A stretch of 64,000 bases of DNA from positions 96,968,001 through 97,032,000 of the forward strand of contig NC_042998.1 of the NCBI RefSeq assembly GCF_006345805.1, written 5' to 3'. Under the pieces are notes generated by a model. That model was not told where the DNA came from and did no database searches. It saw only the letters and a list, made by a program, of their open reading frames with translations. Shown one piece after another: positions 12,421 to 26,190 of this stretch. This DNA is from Octopus sinensis. Taxonomy: Eukaryota. Position 1 is the first letter of the stretch. Each line of letters opens with the position of its first letter. A program made the position numbers and the translations under genes.

Positions 12421-13457
12421 CCCATTACTAAGTAGCAGAAATTATTCACTACCTCAAGACAGCCTCAGGGGCATTTAAGAAAATCAATTTTCCAAGTATA
12501 TGTAAGAAAATCGATTACTTAAGTATCTGTACTATGTATACACATGCACATATATATATTTATATATTTGTCCAAACCATGCCAGAAAGGAAAACAGATG
12601 TTAAACAATGATCATGATATATATATATACACACACACACACACCACACACACACACACATATATACGACTGGCTTCTTTCAGTTTCCATCGACTAAATC
12701 CACTTACAAGGCTTGGTCAGCCTGGGGCTACAGTAGAAGATTCTTGCCTGAATTGCATTGGAGAGAGGATTTTTGTAATGATATGAGAGTAAAAAAACCC
12801 CTTCAGTCATGAATGACCATGGGATTGCACCTAGAAAGTAACCCTCCAAAACACAAGTCCAGGCAAAGTTGTTTATGGAAGACCAACAGTCACCCTTACA
12901 TACCAGTCTCCCCCCTCCACACCACAGGAGAAAGGGAAAGGCAAAGGCTGATACAGCTTGGCACTAGTGACATTGCAACTCATTTCTACAAGGACAAGAA
13001 GTGTGAATTGGATAGCTAACACCTATTTCAGTGAGACTAAAGAAAATCCAGAAGAAGATGTTAGTATAAGAATGGTTAGTATGGTGATTAAGAATATGGA
13101 AACAGCTGAAACTCCATGTCTTTCCAGAGAGAGAATAAGAAAATATAAACATTAGAATTAGTTGACATTACAGTTAATCAGATTGTGCAAGAAAGTATAA
13201 ACTTCAATAATGGTTATTAGTGTTCAATTTCTTCAAATTCCACATGGACAAGAAGATGAGGAGAATCAAGTAATGGAGTTGATTCTTCTCCTTCTCTCTA
13301 GCAGAAATTTGTTATGCTTAAAAGAAGAAAAATTTGAGCTCCATAAAGCTTAAAATGCCCAAAACATATTATATGCTCTGAGAGTGCCCTACAATTCTAT
13401 TGGGAGTTTAGGGTTCGTGGAAGAAAAAAAAAGGTGTATGCGACATAAAACACTCAC

Positions 13458-13610
13458 CTCTAATGTGACAATTAAGTGTTCGTTTAGATTTGCAATTAAC
13501 TCAGAACTATTAACAGGCATATCTTCTGGTAGTGCCAATGGTTGAAACTTGCCTTGTGTTGGAAATGCTTGCTGTTGCAAATTGGCAAGTTCTTGTTCAA
13601 CTTTTTTTAC
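13458..13610 (-). CDS. CEP290: CEP290 coding exon 21
   Basis: VKKVEQELANLQQQAFPTQGKFQPLALPEDMPVNSSELIANLNEHLIVTLE|gtgagt. Confidence 0.92.
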
Positions 13611-13794
13611 CTACAAAATAAATAAAACATTTTTCATTTATAGCTGTTTTGGGGGAAGATTTTTTTGTTGTTGTTTTTTACATAAATTTTGCAATATAAC
13701 CTTTCCAAGGCTTGAAGACATGGAGAAAATGGCTTATTTTATCACAAAAAGAACGTGTGTGTGTGTGTATGTGCACGCATTTGCATGTGTGTGT

Positions 13795-14040
13795 GAAGTC
13801 ATGTGGTTTAGTGGTTAGAGTGTTGCACTTACAATCATTAGATTGTGAGTTTGATTCCCAGACGGGCAACATGTTGTGTTCTCAAGCAAAACATTTCATC
13901 TCACGTCACTCTGCAATCATTTTGACAACTGATGGGTGGTACACTTGCACACCTGTTCAGGCAATGTTGATTTGATGGAGGGAGTGAGCATATACAGCAC
14001 GTACACTTGATCGCTATTAACAAATGGTTTGTGCAGATCA
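13795..14040 (+). mobile_element. tRNA-derived SINE with CORE-like domain
   Basis: A box 'tggtttagtggttagag', degenerate B box, then 'tgtgttctcaagcaaaacattt'. Confidence 0.65.
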
Positions 14041-14329
14041 TTCAGCAAAAAACTGAACAATCATACATCATCTTCAACAGAAAATTCCACCGTGTGTGTG
14101 ATCATTGTTAACATCCACTTTTCCACGTTTGTATAGGTCAGATGAGAGCATGCTAAGACAGACTTTTCTATGGTCAGAAGCCTTTCCTATTATCCCAACA
14201 AGTTTTCAAGTTGGGATAATAATTTCTCAGTCTATCAAATAACAAACAGCTCAGACATGTTTACATAGAGAAATGGAAACAAACACCACATGAATGAGCC
14301 TTTTAGCATTAATTTTCATTTCCTTCCCA

Positions 14330-15200
14330 TTCCTGAAGTTTTTGGTTGTTCTCTGTTTGGTAACTTCACACAGCCCACAATAAATACTTCCGTAGTTTAT
14401 TGCCTGCAATATTTCTTCTGATTTGAAGTTTGCTTTGTTAAAAGTCTTTCAATGATTTGGTGGCTGCCTTCAGCTGTTGATAATTTGTGATTCTTTAATT
14501 ACTTTTCTTTAATTACTTTTCTGAGATTTGATGAAAGGTATCATGTGGCTGAATGTAAGATGTGATGGTCTCTAAGATTATGGGTGACTACAAATGGAAT
14601 ATTTATGTCTGCTTGTCATCACCCGCAATGTGAAGGCTTCTCCATAAGACAGAAATTAGGATCTCTTTTCCTTCAGTTATGGCATGATTTAGTAAGTTCT
14701 TTTGAGTACTTTTGCTTTTGAAGGAAACGAAATTCTACACTAATCATCAAATCTCAGAAAAATAATTTTAAAAATCACAAATTATCAACAGCCAAACACA
14801 ACCGCCAAATCTTATAAGACTCAACAAAAAGGCAAAATTCACACAGGAAAAAATAATGCATGTGACGAACTGTAGAGATCTTTGTTGTGGGACGTGTGAA
14901 ATAATTGAACAGGGAACAACTAAAACATTAAAAAAATATAGATTGCAAAGCAAAAAGTAATCTCATTTACTGCATCACATACAATGTGATGAGAATTATA
15001 TCATCCAAATGGAATCAAAATTAATATATCAGGTTCAGATACATAAGCATGCTCCATGTAGTGAACATCTGGACATTTGTGCAAATGAAAAATTCAAAAT
15101 TTTTGATGTTTTTCAAAATGGAAGAAGTGAAGAAAATGATTAACTACAAAAGGCAAAAGAAAAATACTTTATAAAACTTTTAAATCTAAAACTAAATACG
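14330..15200. mobile_element. Two oppositely oriented PLE fragments (linker/GIY-YIG)
   Basis: Plus 14770-15200: QPPNL...C..C...SNLIYCIT...EHLDICAN.KF.IF...KEKYFIK. Minus 14330-14770: IPFV and RQPPN linker motifs. Confidence 0.7.
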
Positions 15201-15458
15201 AAATAGTCAACACTGCTACTAAAAACAACTTCCTCTATAAAGATTACTCCAGAACAGGTGTGTTTGAAAAGCTATGAAGTGAAAGCACTCAACACAATAC
15301 AAAAAACTTTCTTGCAAAAAGCTTGTGTCATTTTGTTTCTTTAAGATTTTTTATATAAGTAATAATCTTTCATTTGAGAAAGCATTTTTTTGAGGTGGGG
15401 AGATTACTTTTTATATTCTTTAGGTACTTGTATAAACATTTTAAGAAATACAGCTTAC

Positions 15459-15623
15459 TTTTTCATTAGCCTTTTCAGCTTCCAATTTAGCCAAATTGGT
15501 TTCATGACGAGAATCTTTGAAAACTGACCGCAGTTCATTATTCCAATTTTCCAAATTTTTAATTTGTTCTTTCAAGTAAGGAATGACTTCCTGATGTTCT
15601 GAAGCAGGTTTATTTTCCATATT
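15459..15623 (-). CDS. CEP290: CEP290 coding exon 20
   Basis: NMENKPASEHQEVIPYLKEQIKNLENWNNELRSVFKDSRHETNLAKLEAEKANEK|gtaag. Confidence 0.9.
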
Positions 15624-16833
15624 CTGCAAAATTCAAATAGTGATAAAATTAAATATCAGTTCTTTCATTATATATTAGATGTCACAACATGCATGCAGTA
15701 AATGAAGCAATTCCAAGCAAACAGTTACTAATGATAGTAAAATTGATGATGCTGCTGCTGATGATGATGATGATGATGATGATGAATGTGATGATGATTA
15801 TCAGCCCAAATCAAAAGGTAAATTTCATCTAATGCCTAGTTTAAGAATAACACCTGGTCCTCATGTATCTTTAGCAGATTTACTCTCACAAGCATTTGGA
15901 CCAGGTACCCACTCTTTCTCCATTCCTCTCATCAGTCAGAAAGACCCTAAAAAGGGTCATGTATTCTGCCTTTCATCTTCAGACTAAGTCATTAGAAAAA
16001 AATAAATAAAAGCAGTGACTGACCATACTTAAAGCATGAAGGCAACCAATTAGATGTCAGCTGCACAGATAATGTAAATATAAAATAATGGATTTACCTT
16101 GATGCTGACTAAGCTTATTGAAAAAGATTTATGTATCATTTTGAGTAATATTGGTGAAAGATCTGAATTTAAAATGATTAACCTGCTTTCCAAACAATAG
16201 TTTGAATTTTAATAGTTTTGTTTGTACTAAAATGAGAGAAAATTAAATTAAATTCTTTTAACAGCAGTTACTGTTAGTTGGAATAAATTAATTTCCTTTT
16301 AACATCTACAAAATATATTGTGTTTTAAGAAAACTAGTCTATGCCAACATAAATCTTTTCCAATAAACTAAGTCAGCATCAAAATATATTCTTTTTTTTT
16401 TTTTTCTTGACATAAATTCTCCCACAAACCAAACCATCAGTAAAGTCAAATTATAACAACTTCTTATAATGAAATGGCTTATCATAATTTATGTGCTATA
16501 ATATAGTTTTATACCTGATAGGAAGGTAGAAATCAATAACTTTTAATGACTTTAAAATCATCAGTAATGTCAAAATGTAAGAAGCTCATGTAATGAAACA
16601 GTTTATCATAATTTATGAGCTGTCTGATTGGGAGGTAGACAATAACATTTGACAACTTCATAATAATATTAAGAATTTTGTTATTTATGGTATCAGATAT
16701 GATAAAAACTGTTTCTATAGGCATTTCAATCTCTCTATAAAACTCATATAGCAACTCAATTATAACTATTGTTAGGTAGAAATATTTTTAAATATAGGAA
16801 ATAAATCAAAACAAAAGCATTAAAAAAACTCAC

Positions 16834-16883
16834 TTCAAGAATCTTTTCCAAAGAGGGACACTTGATAATTCCTTCTTCTGAAT
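16834..16883 (-). CDS. CEP290: CEP290 coding exon 19
   Basis: SEEGIIKCPSLEKILE|gtgagt; PSLE motif; 50 nt. Confidence 0.87.
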
Positions 16884-17981
16884 CTAGTGAAAAAAAAAAG
16901 ATTACAAAGAAAAAATTACAAAATTAAATATAAAACTATTGGCTCTTAGTACAGAGTCATCATTTGGACAAAATTCAATGAAATGTTCACAACTATAAAA
17001 TATAGATGTTTTTTTAATGTTAACTTAACAACTTATTAAGTTAGTAATTAAAGAACTGGATAACCTGGGACAAGAAGTCATACCAAAAGTTCATAATATT
17101 TTGCCATGTTCTTCTGTATTCTTTTTTTCTTTACTTCCACATTAAACAAACTGATGTAAATATATTAAAATCCCCCATATACTTTAGTCAAGGTTTTAAC
17201 CTTATGCCATGTAAAAATAAGCATGTCACTCTAACAGAGTCTCTCTACCAACAGACTCTTAACTTTGAAAAGGCTCATCAGAGCATCAAAACCTGCATTG
17301 CAAACACAGCTTACTTGGAGGTTTCTTCTATACTATGATACTTAAAAGTAAGTTAATTATGAAGGAAAAGATACTCATCTTACAACTTATTTTGGAATTA
17401 GAAAGAAATGTGTATTTACCAGTATAACAGGTAAAGCTGAATAGTTTAAGCACTAAGTGCCTATATTTTGTTTAGTTATTTGACATTGTTATATTAAGGG
17501 AACCTCATTTTGTTTGGTAAGCTAGCAGAATCTTTACAATGCTGGGTGAAAATACTTAGCAGTATATTCTGAGTTTCAAACTCTGCCAAGATTGACTTTG
17601 CCTTTCATCCTTTTGGGTTGATTAAATAAGTAACAGTTGAGCACTGAGGGGTCAATGTAATTAACTTAACTACTCTTGAGTCAGTGTGGCAGAGTAAGTT
17701 CATCAAACCAGCATGATCTTAAGCTCAAATTCATGGCCTCCACATCAGACTATGGTTGGTGCAGAGAACATGCTGATGCCTTCATCCTGCAGTGGACTGA
17801 ACATAAACAATCCAACCTCATCCAATCTTGTTTGGAAAATGATGGAGAATAGAGTTGATAGAAGTCTGATAAAGGCCAAGTGTTTAATTAGAAATTATAA
17901 CATTCCAGCAAAAATTTCACCTATTCTACAAGGACTAGCAAAGCAGAATATTCTTATATTTGAATTTTGAAAAGCTCTTAC

Positions 17982-18150
17982 TTGATGCAAGTCCACTTTT
18001 CATATTTGTATTAAGTTCTTTCAACGATTCTAGCAATGCTGCATTGTCTTTTTCAAGCTGTTTGTTCTGGGTTTTTAATGCAATGTTTTCTTGTTTATAA
18101 TCATCCAATTGTTGCAAATTTAATTTGAAATCTTCATTAAGTTCTGTATG
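17982..18150 (-). CDS. CEP290: CEP290 coding exon 18
   Basis: HTELNEDFKLNLQQLDDYKQENIALKTQNKQLEKDNAALLESLKELNTNMKSGLAS|gtaag. Confidence 0.85.
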
Positions 18151-18897
18151 CTTATTAAAGAAAAAAACATGAGAAATAAAAGTAATAAGAGCAAATTTAC
18201 AAAACAGAATATTAAACAATAACCATGTTTGATAAAGATAAATGTATCTTTAATTTTTTTTTTTTTAAATTGTTATAAATTTCAATCAACCAAACCTGTA
18301 AATAAATTTAAATTTTCATTATTTTTACTTCCATAAACAATTAAAAAAAAAAACACTTTAATTTTCCTTTGAATTAATTTTTTCTTTTGGCCTTCAGAAC
18401 TGATTTGAAGAACAGTTTCACTTTAGATGGCATTTTCTTTCACAATTTAGAGCAGTCTTGCATCTGGAGCTCAATTAATTGTTATCATTGACATTTTGAG
18501 ATTCATGTTTCAAGCCTGCAATGATTAGATACATTTCTTAAACATCTTCTGGTTGACATTTCCTTTCTTAATTCCTTACCAAACTCATTCAAGGCTATTC
18601 TTACAAGTACTTCTAAAAGTTATCTACTAACATTTCATCATCGTTACATATTCAAGCAACTTAAGTCAGTAATTTAGCAAAATTCAATCTAAAAGTGTAA
18701 CACCAAATTCATTTGACTTATATCTGTGGTTATTAGCTCTATATCTTCTTGTTTCACTTGTAAAATATTTCTCAAACTTAGAGATATTTTTTTCAAAAAT
18801 AGAGATATAGAGACCTAGAAAAGACTGTCTAAAGTTAAATGTGCTCACTTAAAAAACTCTCTTCAAACATTCTATTTAGCTTGTTTTCACAAATATA

Positions 18898-19310
18898 TAC
18901 TCTTTTACTTGTTTCAGTAATTTGACTGCAGCCATGCCAGAGCACCACATTTAGTCAAACAAATCGACCACAGGAATTATTCTTTGTAAGCCTAGTACTT
19001 ATTCTATCAGTCTCTTTTGCCGAACTGCTAAGTTATGGAGACATAACCACACCAACATCAGTTGTCAAGCGATGGTGGGGAGACAAACACAGACACTTAA
19101 ACATATACCCATATATATACATATACCCATATATATACATATATACGATGGGCTTCTTTCAGTTTCCATCTACCAAATCCACCCACAAGGTTTTGGTTGG
19201 CTCAAGGCTATAGCAGAAGACACTTGCCCAGGGTGCCATGCAGTGGGACTGAACACAGAACTATGTGGTTGAGAAGTAAGCTTCTTACCACACAGCCACT
19301 TCCTCCTGGT
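18898..19310 (-). mobile_element. tRNA-derived SINE family A, near full length (similar minus copies at ~36033-36410 and ~39575-39970)
   Basis: Reverse complement of the 63189-63570 copy along its length. Confidence 0.85.
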
Positions 19311-19919
19311 GCACAAATTCTGTGCTGTACTATCAGCTATGTTTATGAAATGAAGACTCTTGTATATTAGTTATGTTCATTTCACCTACCAACCTGTAAT
19401 GCAGCAGGCTATTCTAGATAACTAGATAAAAAAATATTTTTTAAACACTTGATTTTTTTTCTTTCTTCAATTTGAAAAGGGGAAATTTTTCCCAAAATAT
19501 TATGGGATCATCAAACAACCAATGTAAGGTATTACAATATCTTTTCGCTTTGTTTTCATTGAGTGACATCACTATTCATCATATCCAGGGGAAAATTCCC
19601 TTTTCAAACAGAAGAAAGTAATTAATCAAAGAATTCAGATAAGTTGTTATTGGCAGGTCATATAACAACACAATTCTTTTTAATCATTTCTTTTTAATCA
19701 TTTTCTTCTATTTAACATGGGGATTTCTTTAAACTTTTATTTCTATTACATATATTGCAATGCTTGAAGTAAATTACAATACTTTTATATAACACACATT
19801 TCTGAATATTACTTTCAGTGTTTGTTGACACATGCTGGTGGTCTAAAATCACCAGTGAATGCTGGCAAGTCAAATAAATATCTAAGACCAAACACTAATA
19901 TCTGGTGAACTGACTGTAA

Positions 19920-19953
<34 letters not shown>

Positions 19954-20469
19954 TTAGGCATAGGAGTGGCTGTGTGGTAAGTAATTTTTGTGTGTTTGAC
20001 TTGATTTGTGGAACTCTTTTTGCTCCTGGACTCTAACCTACCATGGTTTTTTATAAATTGAACATTTTTGATGTACTCTTTTGTTTGAGGGGAGTAAGAA
20101 CATTTTTTAGTTGACTGATATTTTATTTTATTTTATTTAGATTTTTACTAGCATGACACGCTTTAGAATTTTTAGTCGATTGTATTTATCATTTTGATAG
20201 GCTGTTCTATATACCTATACTTTTATTTACATATATATTCTTACCTTCTGTGTTTTTTGTATATATATATGCTTAAGAACCATGGTGATATTTATATATG
20301 ATCAAAAGTTTGGAGGTATGGTGTTATATATAAAGTCATTGACTTGAATTTGATGTTTGTTCTATGATCAATGTTTCTTTATCTCTGTCTCAATTACATT
20401 TGAGCACTTCTTTTTTGCAGTCCTATAAACCCTTTTGTTTCCATAAGAGACAACAATTATTTCTTGTCG

Positions 20470-20517
<48 letters not shown>

Positions 20518-20529
20518 CATGTGCTTTGG

Positions 20530-20897
20530 GGACGTAACAAACACCATCCGATCGTGGCCGTCCGCCAGCCTCATCTGGCACCTGTGTCGGTGGCACATAA
20601 AAACACCATCCGAGCGTGGCCGTCTGCCAGCCTCGTCTGGCACCTGTGTCGGTGGCACATAAAAACACCATCCGAGCGTGGCCGTTCGCCAGCCTCGTCT
20701 GGCACCTGTGTCGGTGGCACATAAAATCACCCACTACACTCTCGGAGTGGTTGGCGTTAGGAAGGGCATCCAGCTGTAGAAACACTGCCAGATCTGACTG
20801 GCCTGGTGCAGCCTTCGGGCTCCCCAGACCCCAGTTGAACCGTCCAACCCATGCTAGCATGGAAAACGGACGCTAAATGATGATGATGATGATGATG
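20530..20897 (+). mobile_element. RTE 3' tail with three 62-bp tandem repeats
   Basis: Unit starts 'acaccatccg' at 20541 and 20603 (period 62), followed by the tail and (GAT)n. Confidence 0.88.
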
Positions 20898-20996
20898 AAT
20901 GCTAAATTTGATGGCATACATAAAAGGAAAAGAAAACACAATATCTCATTCAAAAATAAAAGCATGTTAAAAAATCAAAAAATATCAATTAAATTA

Positions 20997-22170
20997 TAGC
21001 TGCGAGATAACAGTTTACTCAAAGTAGTCACCCTCAGCTTCTACCATAGCCTCAAGATGGCTCCAGAATCTGGCACATGTGTTCCTCATTGTGTCTCTGG
21101 GAAGATCAAACACCTCTTTGATAATGGCCACCAGCTCGGTCTTGGTGTTGCAAGCAGAGCAGTTGGTGTCTTTGTCGGCCATACCCCACACATAGTAATC
21201 CATGGGATTACTATAGGGGGAATTAGGAGATCAGAAATCAGGGTTGGTTACATCCTTGAAATTCTTTGACAACCACTTCTGACTCTTTCCAGAGGTATAG
21301 CAAGGGGCCAAATCCTGCTGTTGCATATATTACCTTCCAGCAAAGGTTGAGTACAGTCTCCAGCAGCTTCACATAGCCATCTGAATCAAGCCTAAGGCCC
21401 TGTTCAAAAGTGTAGGGCAACATGACATCACACTCACTGGAGACACACCCAAAGAATATCACAGTTTGGGGGAACTTGGTTTTCATGATCCATGGGACAT
21501 CACATGAATTGTAGGCAAGCCTCCTGCTCTTCTGTGCATTGTGCAACTGATCATGGCAGAAGTTCTTTTCCTCTGAGAAGAACCAGATAATCTCCAGCTA
21601 AACAGGATGCTTCAGCTTATTCAGATGCATCCTTGCTTCCGTCAAGTGGTTCTCCTTGGTTTTGGCTGTCACAATTTGTTTCTTGCACCTCTAGTACAAG
21701 TGATAATGAAGGTCTTCATTGAGGGCTAACTTCAAAGTGGTAAATCTAGCACCCATCTCTCTCACCAAAGCCTGGATTCCCTTGCTCAGATCTTCCATCA
21801 TCTTGTCCAGCAGTTGTTGGATGAATTGCAGAATAACAACTCAGTCAGAATGCCAGCTGTATCCCTTCCTACTGGCCATGGCTTCGTTGTCTCTGTTGCA
21901 ACTATCCATGCCACATCTTACAGCTAAAGCGTTCACAGAGCATTGAGCAGCGATCATGACCTCAATATTTTGATACTCTATGTGAATCATCATGATAGAG
22001 ATTACTTTTTCCAATATTTAGATGGCTTCCAGTCCTCCATGTCAGCTAACTTCCCTTCAACTACAGCTTTAATCTTTATGTTCTCCAATGCTCTTGACTG
22101 TTCACCAGTACAGAAACTGTTTCTGAAAATGGGAAACATAAAAAGTCATCAAATTTATCTCACACAGATT
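20997..22170 (-). mobile_element. Tc1/mariner-superfamily transposon relic (maT/DD37D-like)
   Basis: Broken frames give WFFSEEKNF, KTKFPQTV.FFGCVSSE and NPMDYYVWG; weak TIR similarity ('gcgagataa' vs 'ttatctcac'). Confidence 0.8.
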
Positions 22171-22938
22171 GTGTGTACATTGGTGAAATGGTTAACACAC
22201 TTATCACAAATGTAAGAGGTGTGGGTTCAACTCCCATGTGTACAGAAAACCCACTTTTTTCCATTGAGGGCTTATATGCTCCAATATCAGATTATTTTCT
22301 TTAGTCAATACATGGTGATCACATATAAAATATTATTATTTACACATACACACACATATATATACATATATATTGAAACTTCAAATTTCATGATTCTGAG
22401 TTTCATGTCATGTCAAGCACTCCCATTTTCCTCTTTGTTTATGCTGACCTTTAATTTCAAGATTTTGCATATATAGTGCTGGTGCTAAGAAACATGCATC
22501 CAGTATCTACTGTAAAGTTGTTAGCATTAAGGGCATCCAGCCACAGAATCTGAGACACAGAACACAACATGGTCCTCTGATGTGTTGGATCCAGTTGAAC
22601 TAACTTATGCCATTTGACAGGGTAAATGATAATAATGACACTACTTGCACGTCAGAAATTTTCAGAGAGGCACAAATGTAAACACAAACAACACATATGC
22701 AAACACTCAGACATACACATATAAGTACATATAGATATATCCACACACACACACACACACACATACATGCACACACACAATGGGCTTTTTTCAGTTTCCA
22801 TCTACCAAATCCACTCACAGGTCTTTGGCAGCCTGGGGCTATATTAGAACACACTCAAGATGCCATGCAGTAGAACTTGAAAGTACATGGCTGAGAAGCA
22901 AACTTCTTTACCACACATCCATTCTTGTGCTTATTATA

Positions 22939-25897
22939 GGCAGGAGAGGCTGTGTGGTAAGTAGCTTACCAACCGCATGGTTCCGGGTTCAGTCCCACTG
23001 TGTGGCACTTTGGGCAAGTGTCTTCTACTATAGCCACAGGCCAACCAAAGTCTTGTGAGTGGATTTGATAGATGGAAACTGAAAGAAGCCCATTGTATAT
23101 ATATCATCATCATCATCGTTTAAACGTCCATTCTCCATGCTAGCATGGGTTGGATGGTTCGACCGGGGATCTGGGAAGCCAGAAGGCTGCACCAGGCTCC
23201 AGTCTTATCTGGCAGTGTTTCTACAGCTGGATGCCCTTCCTAACGCCAACCACTCCGTGAGTGTAGTGGGTGCTTTTTACGTGCCACCTGCACAGGTGCC
23301 AGGCGAGGCTGGCAACGGCCACGGTCGGATTGGTGCAATTTATGTGCCACCGGCACGGAAGCCAGTCAAGGCGGCACTGGCATCGGCCACGATTCGGATG
23401 GTACTTTTTACATGCCACTGGCACGGAAGCCAGTCGAGGCGGTGCTGGCATTGGCCACGATTCGGATAGTGCTTCACGATTCGGATAGTGCTTTTTACGT
23501 ACCACCAGTCCAGGGATCCTGGCATTCTGCCGGGTGCCAGTCATAGATTGGTTCAATTTCGATTCCGATTTCGATTTCACTTGCCCCATTAGGTCTTCGC
23601 AAGCAAAGGGGGGTTGGCATGGGTGCCTGTCATCGGATGAGGTTCGATTTCAACTTCGCTTGCCTCAACAGGTCTTTGTGCGTCCAAGGGAGGAAAGGCA
23701 TGCATAAGTGGACTGGACTCACTTGTCCTGCCTGGTCTTCTCACGCACAGCATATTTCCAAAGGTCTCAGTCGCTGGTCATTTCCTCAGTGAGGCCTAAA
23801 GTTCAAAGGTTATGCTTCACCACCTCGTCCCAGGTTTTCCTGGGTCTACCTCTTCCACGGGTTCCCTCAACTGCTAGGGATTGGCACTTTTTCACACACC
23901 TATCTTCATACATTCTCGCCACATGACCATACCAGCGCAATCGTCTCTCTTGCACACCACAACTGATGCTTCTTAGGTCCAACATTTTTCTCAAGGTACT
24001 AACGCTCTGTCGAGTATGCACATTCACATTACACATCCATCGGAGCATACTGGCTTCATTCCTCATGAGCTTACGCATGTCCTCAGCAGTTACGGCCCAT
24101 GTTTCACTGCCATGTAGCATGGCTTTTCATACACATGCATCATACAGTCTGCCTTTTACTCTGAGCGAGAGGCCTTTAGTCACCAGCAGAGGTAAGAGCT
24201 CCCTGAACTTTGCCCAGGCTATTCTTACTCTAGCAGTTACACTTTCAGCGCACCCACTCCCACTACTGACTTGGTCACCTAGATAACAGAAGCTATCAAT
24301 TACTTCTAGTTTTTCCCCCTGGAAAGTGACGGAAGTTGTTTTCTGCAGATTTTCAGAGTTTATTGCTCCTGAGCATCTGCCACATACAAAAACTATCTTC
24401 CCAGTTAGCCTTCCTTTGATATTGCTGCACCTCTTATGTGTCCATAGCTTACACTGGTTACATCTTATAGAGTTTCTACCAACACCTTTTCTACAGATCG
24501 AGCAGGGCCATCTTCCTGAAGACATTTGTGGTTTGTCTACCTTCCTACTTATTAGTACTTTGGTTTTAGCTAGGTTGACTCTAAGGCCCCTCGATTCTAA
24601 TCCCTCCTTCCACACCTGGAACTTCTCCTCCAGTTCTGATAGTGACTCAGCAATTAGAGCAAGGTCGTCAGCATAGAGGAGCTCCCAGGGGCAACCTGTC
24701 TTGAATTCCCCCATAATTGCCTGGAGGACTATGATAAATAGGAGGGGGCTGAGGACTGAACCCTGGTGGACCCCAACCTCTACCTTGAATTCTTCTGTGT
24801 ACATGTTGCCAACCCTAACCTTACTTACGGCATCCCTGTACATGGCTTGCACAGCTCTCACCAGCCATTCATCTATCCCTAGTTTCCTCATTGACCACCA
24901 GATAAGGGATCAGGGGACCCTGTCAAAGGCTTTCTCCATGTCAACGAAAGCCAGGTACAGGGGCTTATCTTTGGCTAGGTATTTCTCCTGCAGCTGTCTC
25001 ACCAGAAATATGGCATCAGTGGTGCTTTTCCCTGGCATGAAACCAAACTGCATCTCGTCCAAGTTGACTCTCTCCCTAATCAGTTGGGCTATGACCCTCT
25101 TTGTAACCTTCATTACCTGATCCAACAGCTTGATACCTCTGTAATTATTTGTATCTAGGGCGTCTCCTTTACCTTTGTAGCAGTTGACTATTATGCTGCT
25201 ACACCAGTCATTGGGTATGACTCCTTCGTGTATCACCTGGTTAACTATACGGGTGACTAGGTTATAGCCAACACTGCCAGATATTTTGAGCATCTCTGCA
25301 GTAATTCCTGATGGGCCTGGGGCTTTCCCTGTCTTCATGCTTCTAATTGCCTTAACTACCAAAGAATTGTCAACTCGGATGGCTGGTCCCTCTGTTGGGT
25401 TGACATTCGGCAGACTCTCTTTATCCCATTCATTTTCTTTATTCAGCAACCTTTCATAGTGGCATCTCCAAACCTCTCTCTTTGCATCCTCATTTAGTGC
25501 AAGTGAACCATCATCCATGCAGACACATTTCTCTCCTACCACATCACGATTCTCTCTCACACACTGTCTTGCAACACAAAATACCTCAAGTCTTTCATCC
25601 TCACAGCGCAGAACATTGGCAAATTTTTTTCTTATCTGCTTCCCCTCTGGCTAAATAAACCTGTCTCCTAGCTTCCCTTCTGACAGTCTGATACAATTCC
25701 CTGCTACCACCGTTCTTCCAGTCCCTCCAAGCCTGTTTCTTTTGTCTAATAGCCCTGTCAACCACATTGTTCCACCACCATGTTACTCTGGGTCGAGATG
25801 GGACTTTGCTCCATCCACAGATCTGGTCAGTGGCTGTCAGCAGATTGTCCCGTAGAAATCTCCAGTTGTCTTCCACATTAAGTGAAGCTATATCCCC

Positions 25898-25969
<72 letters not shown>

Positions 25970-26190
25970 TGTGTGCATGTATATGTTTGTGTCTGTGTTT
26001 GTCCCCTCATCACTGCTTGACAACCGATGTTGGTATGTCTATATCTCCATAACTTAGCGGTTCGGCAAAGGAAACCAATAGAATAAGTACTAGGCTTATA
26101 AAGAATAAGTTCTGGGGTCGAGTTGTTCAACTAAAAGCAGCACTCTAGCACAGCCACAGTCAAATGACTGAAACAAGTAAAAGAGTAAAA

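Noticed and set aside
20538-20725. CRISPR-like array
   Set aside because: Contiguous 62-bp tandem units with no unique spacers, inside an RTE 3' UTR in eukaryotic DNA.
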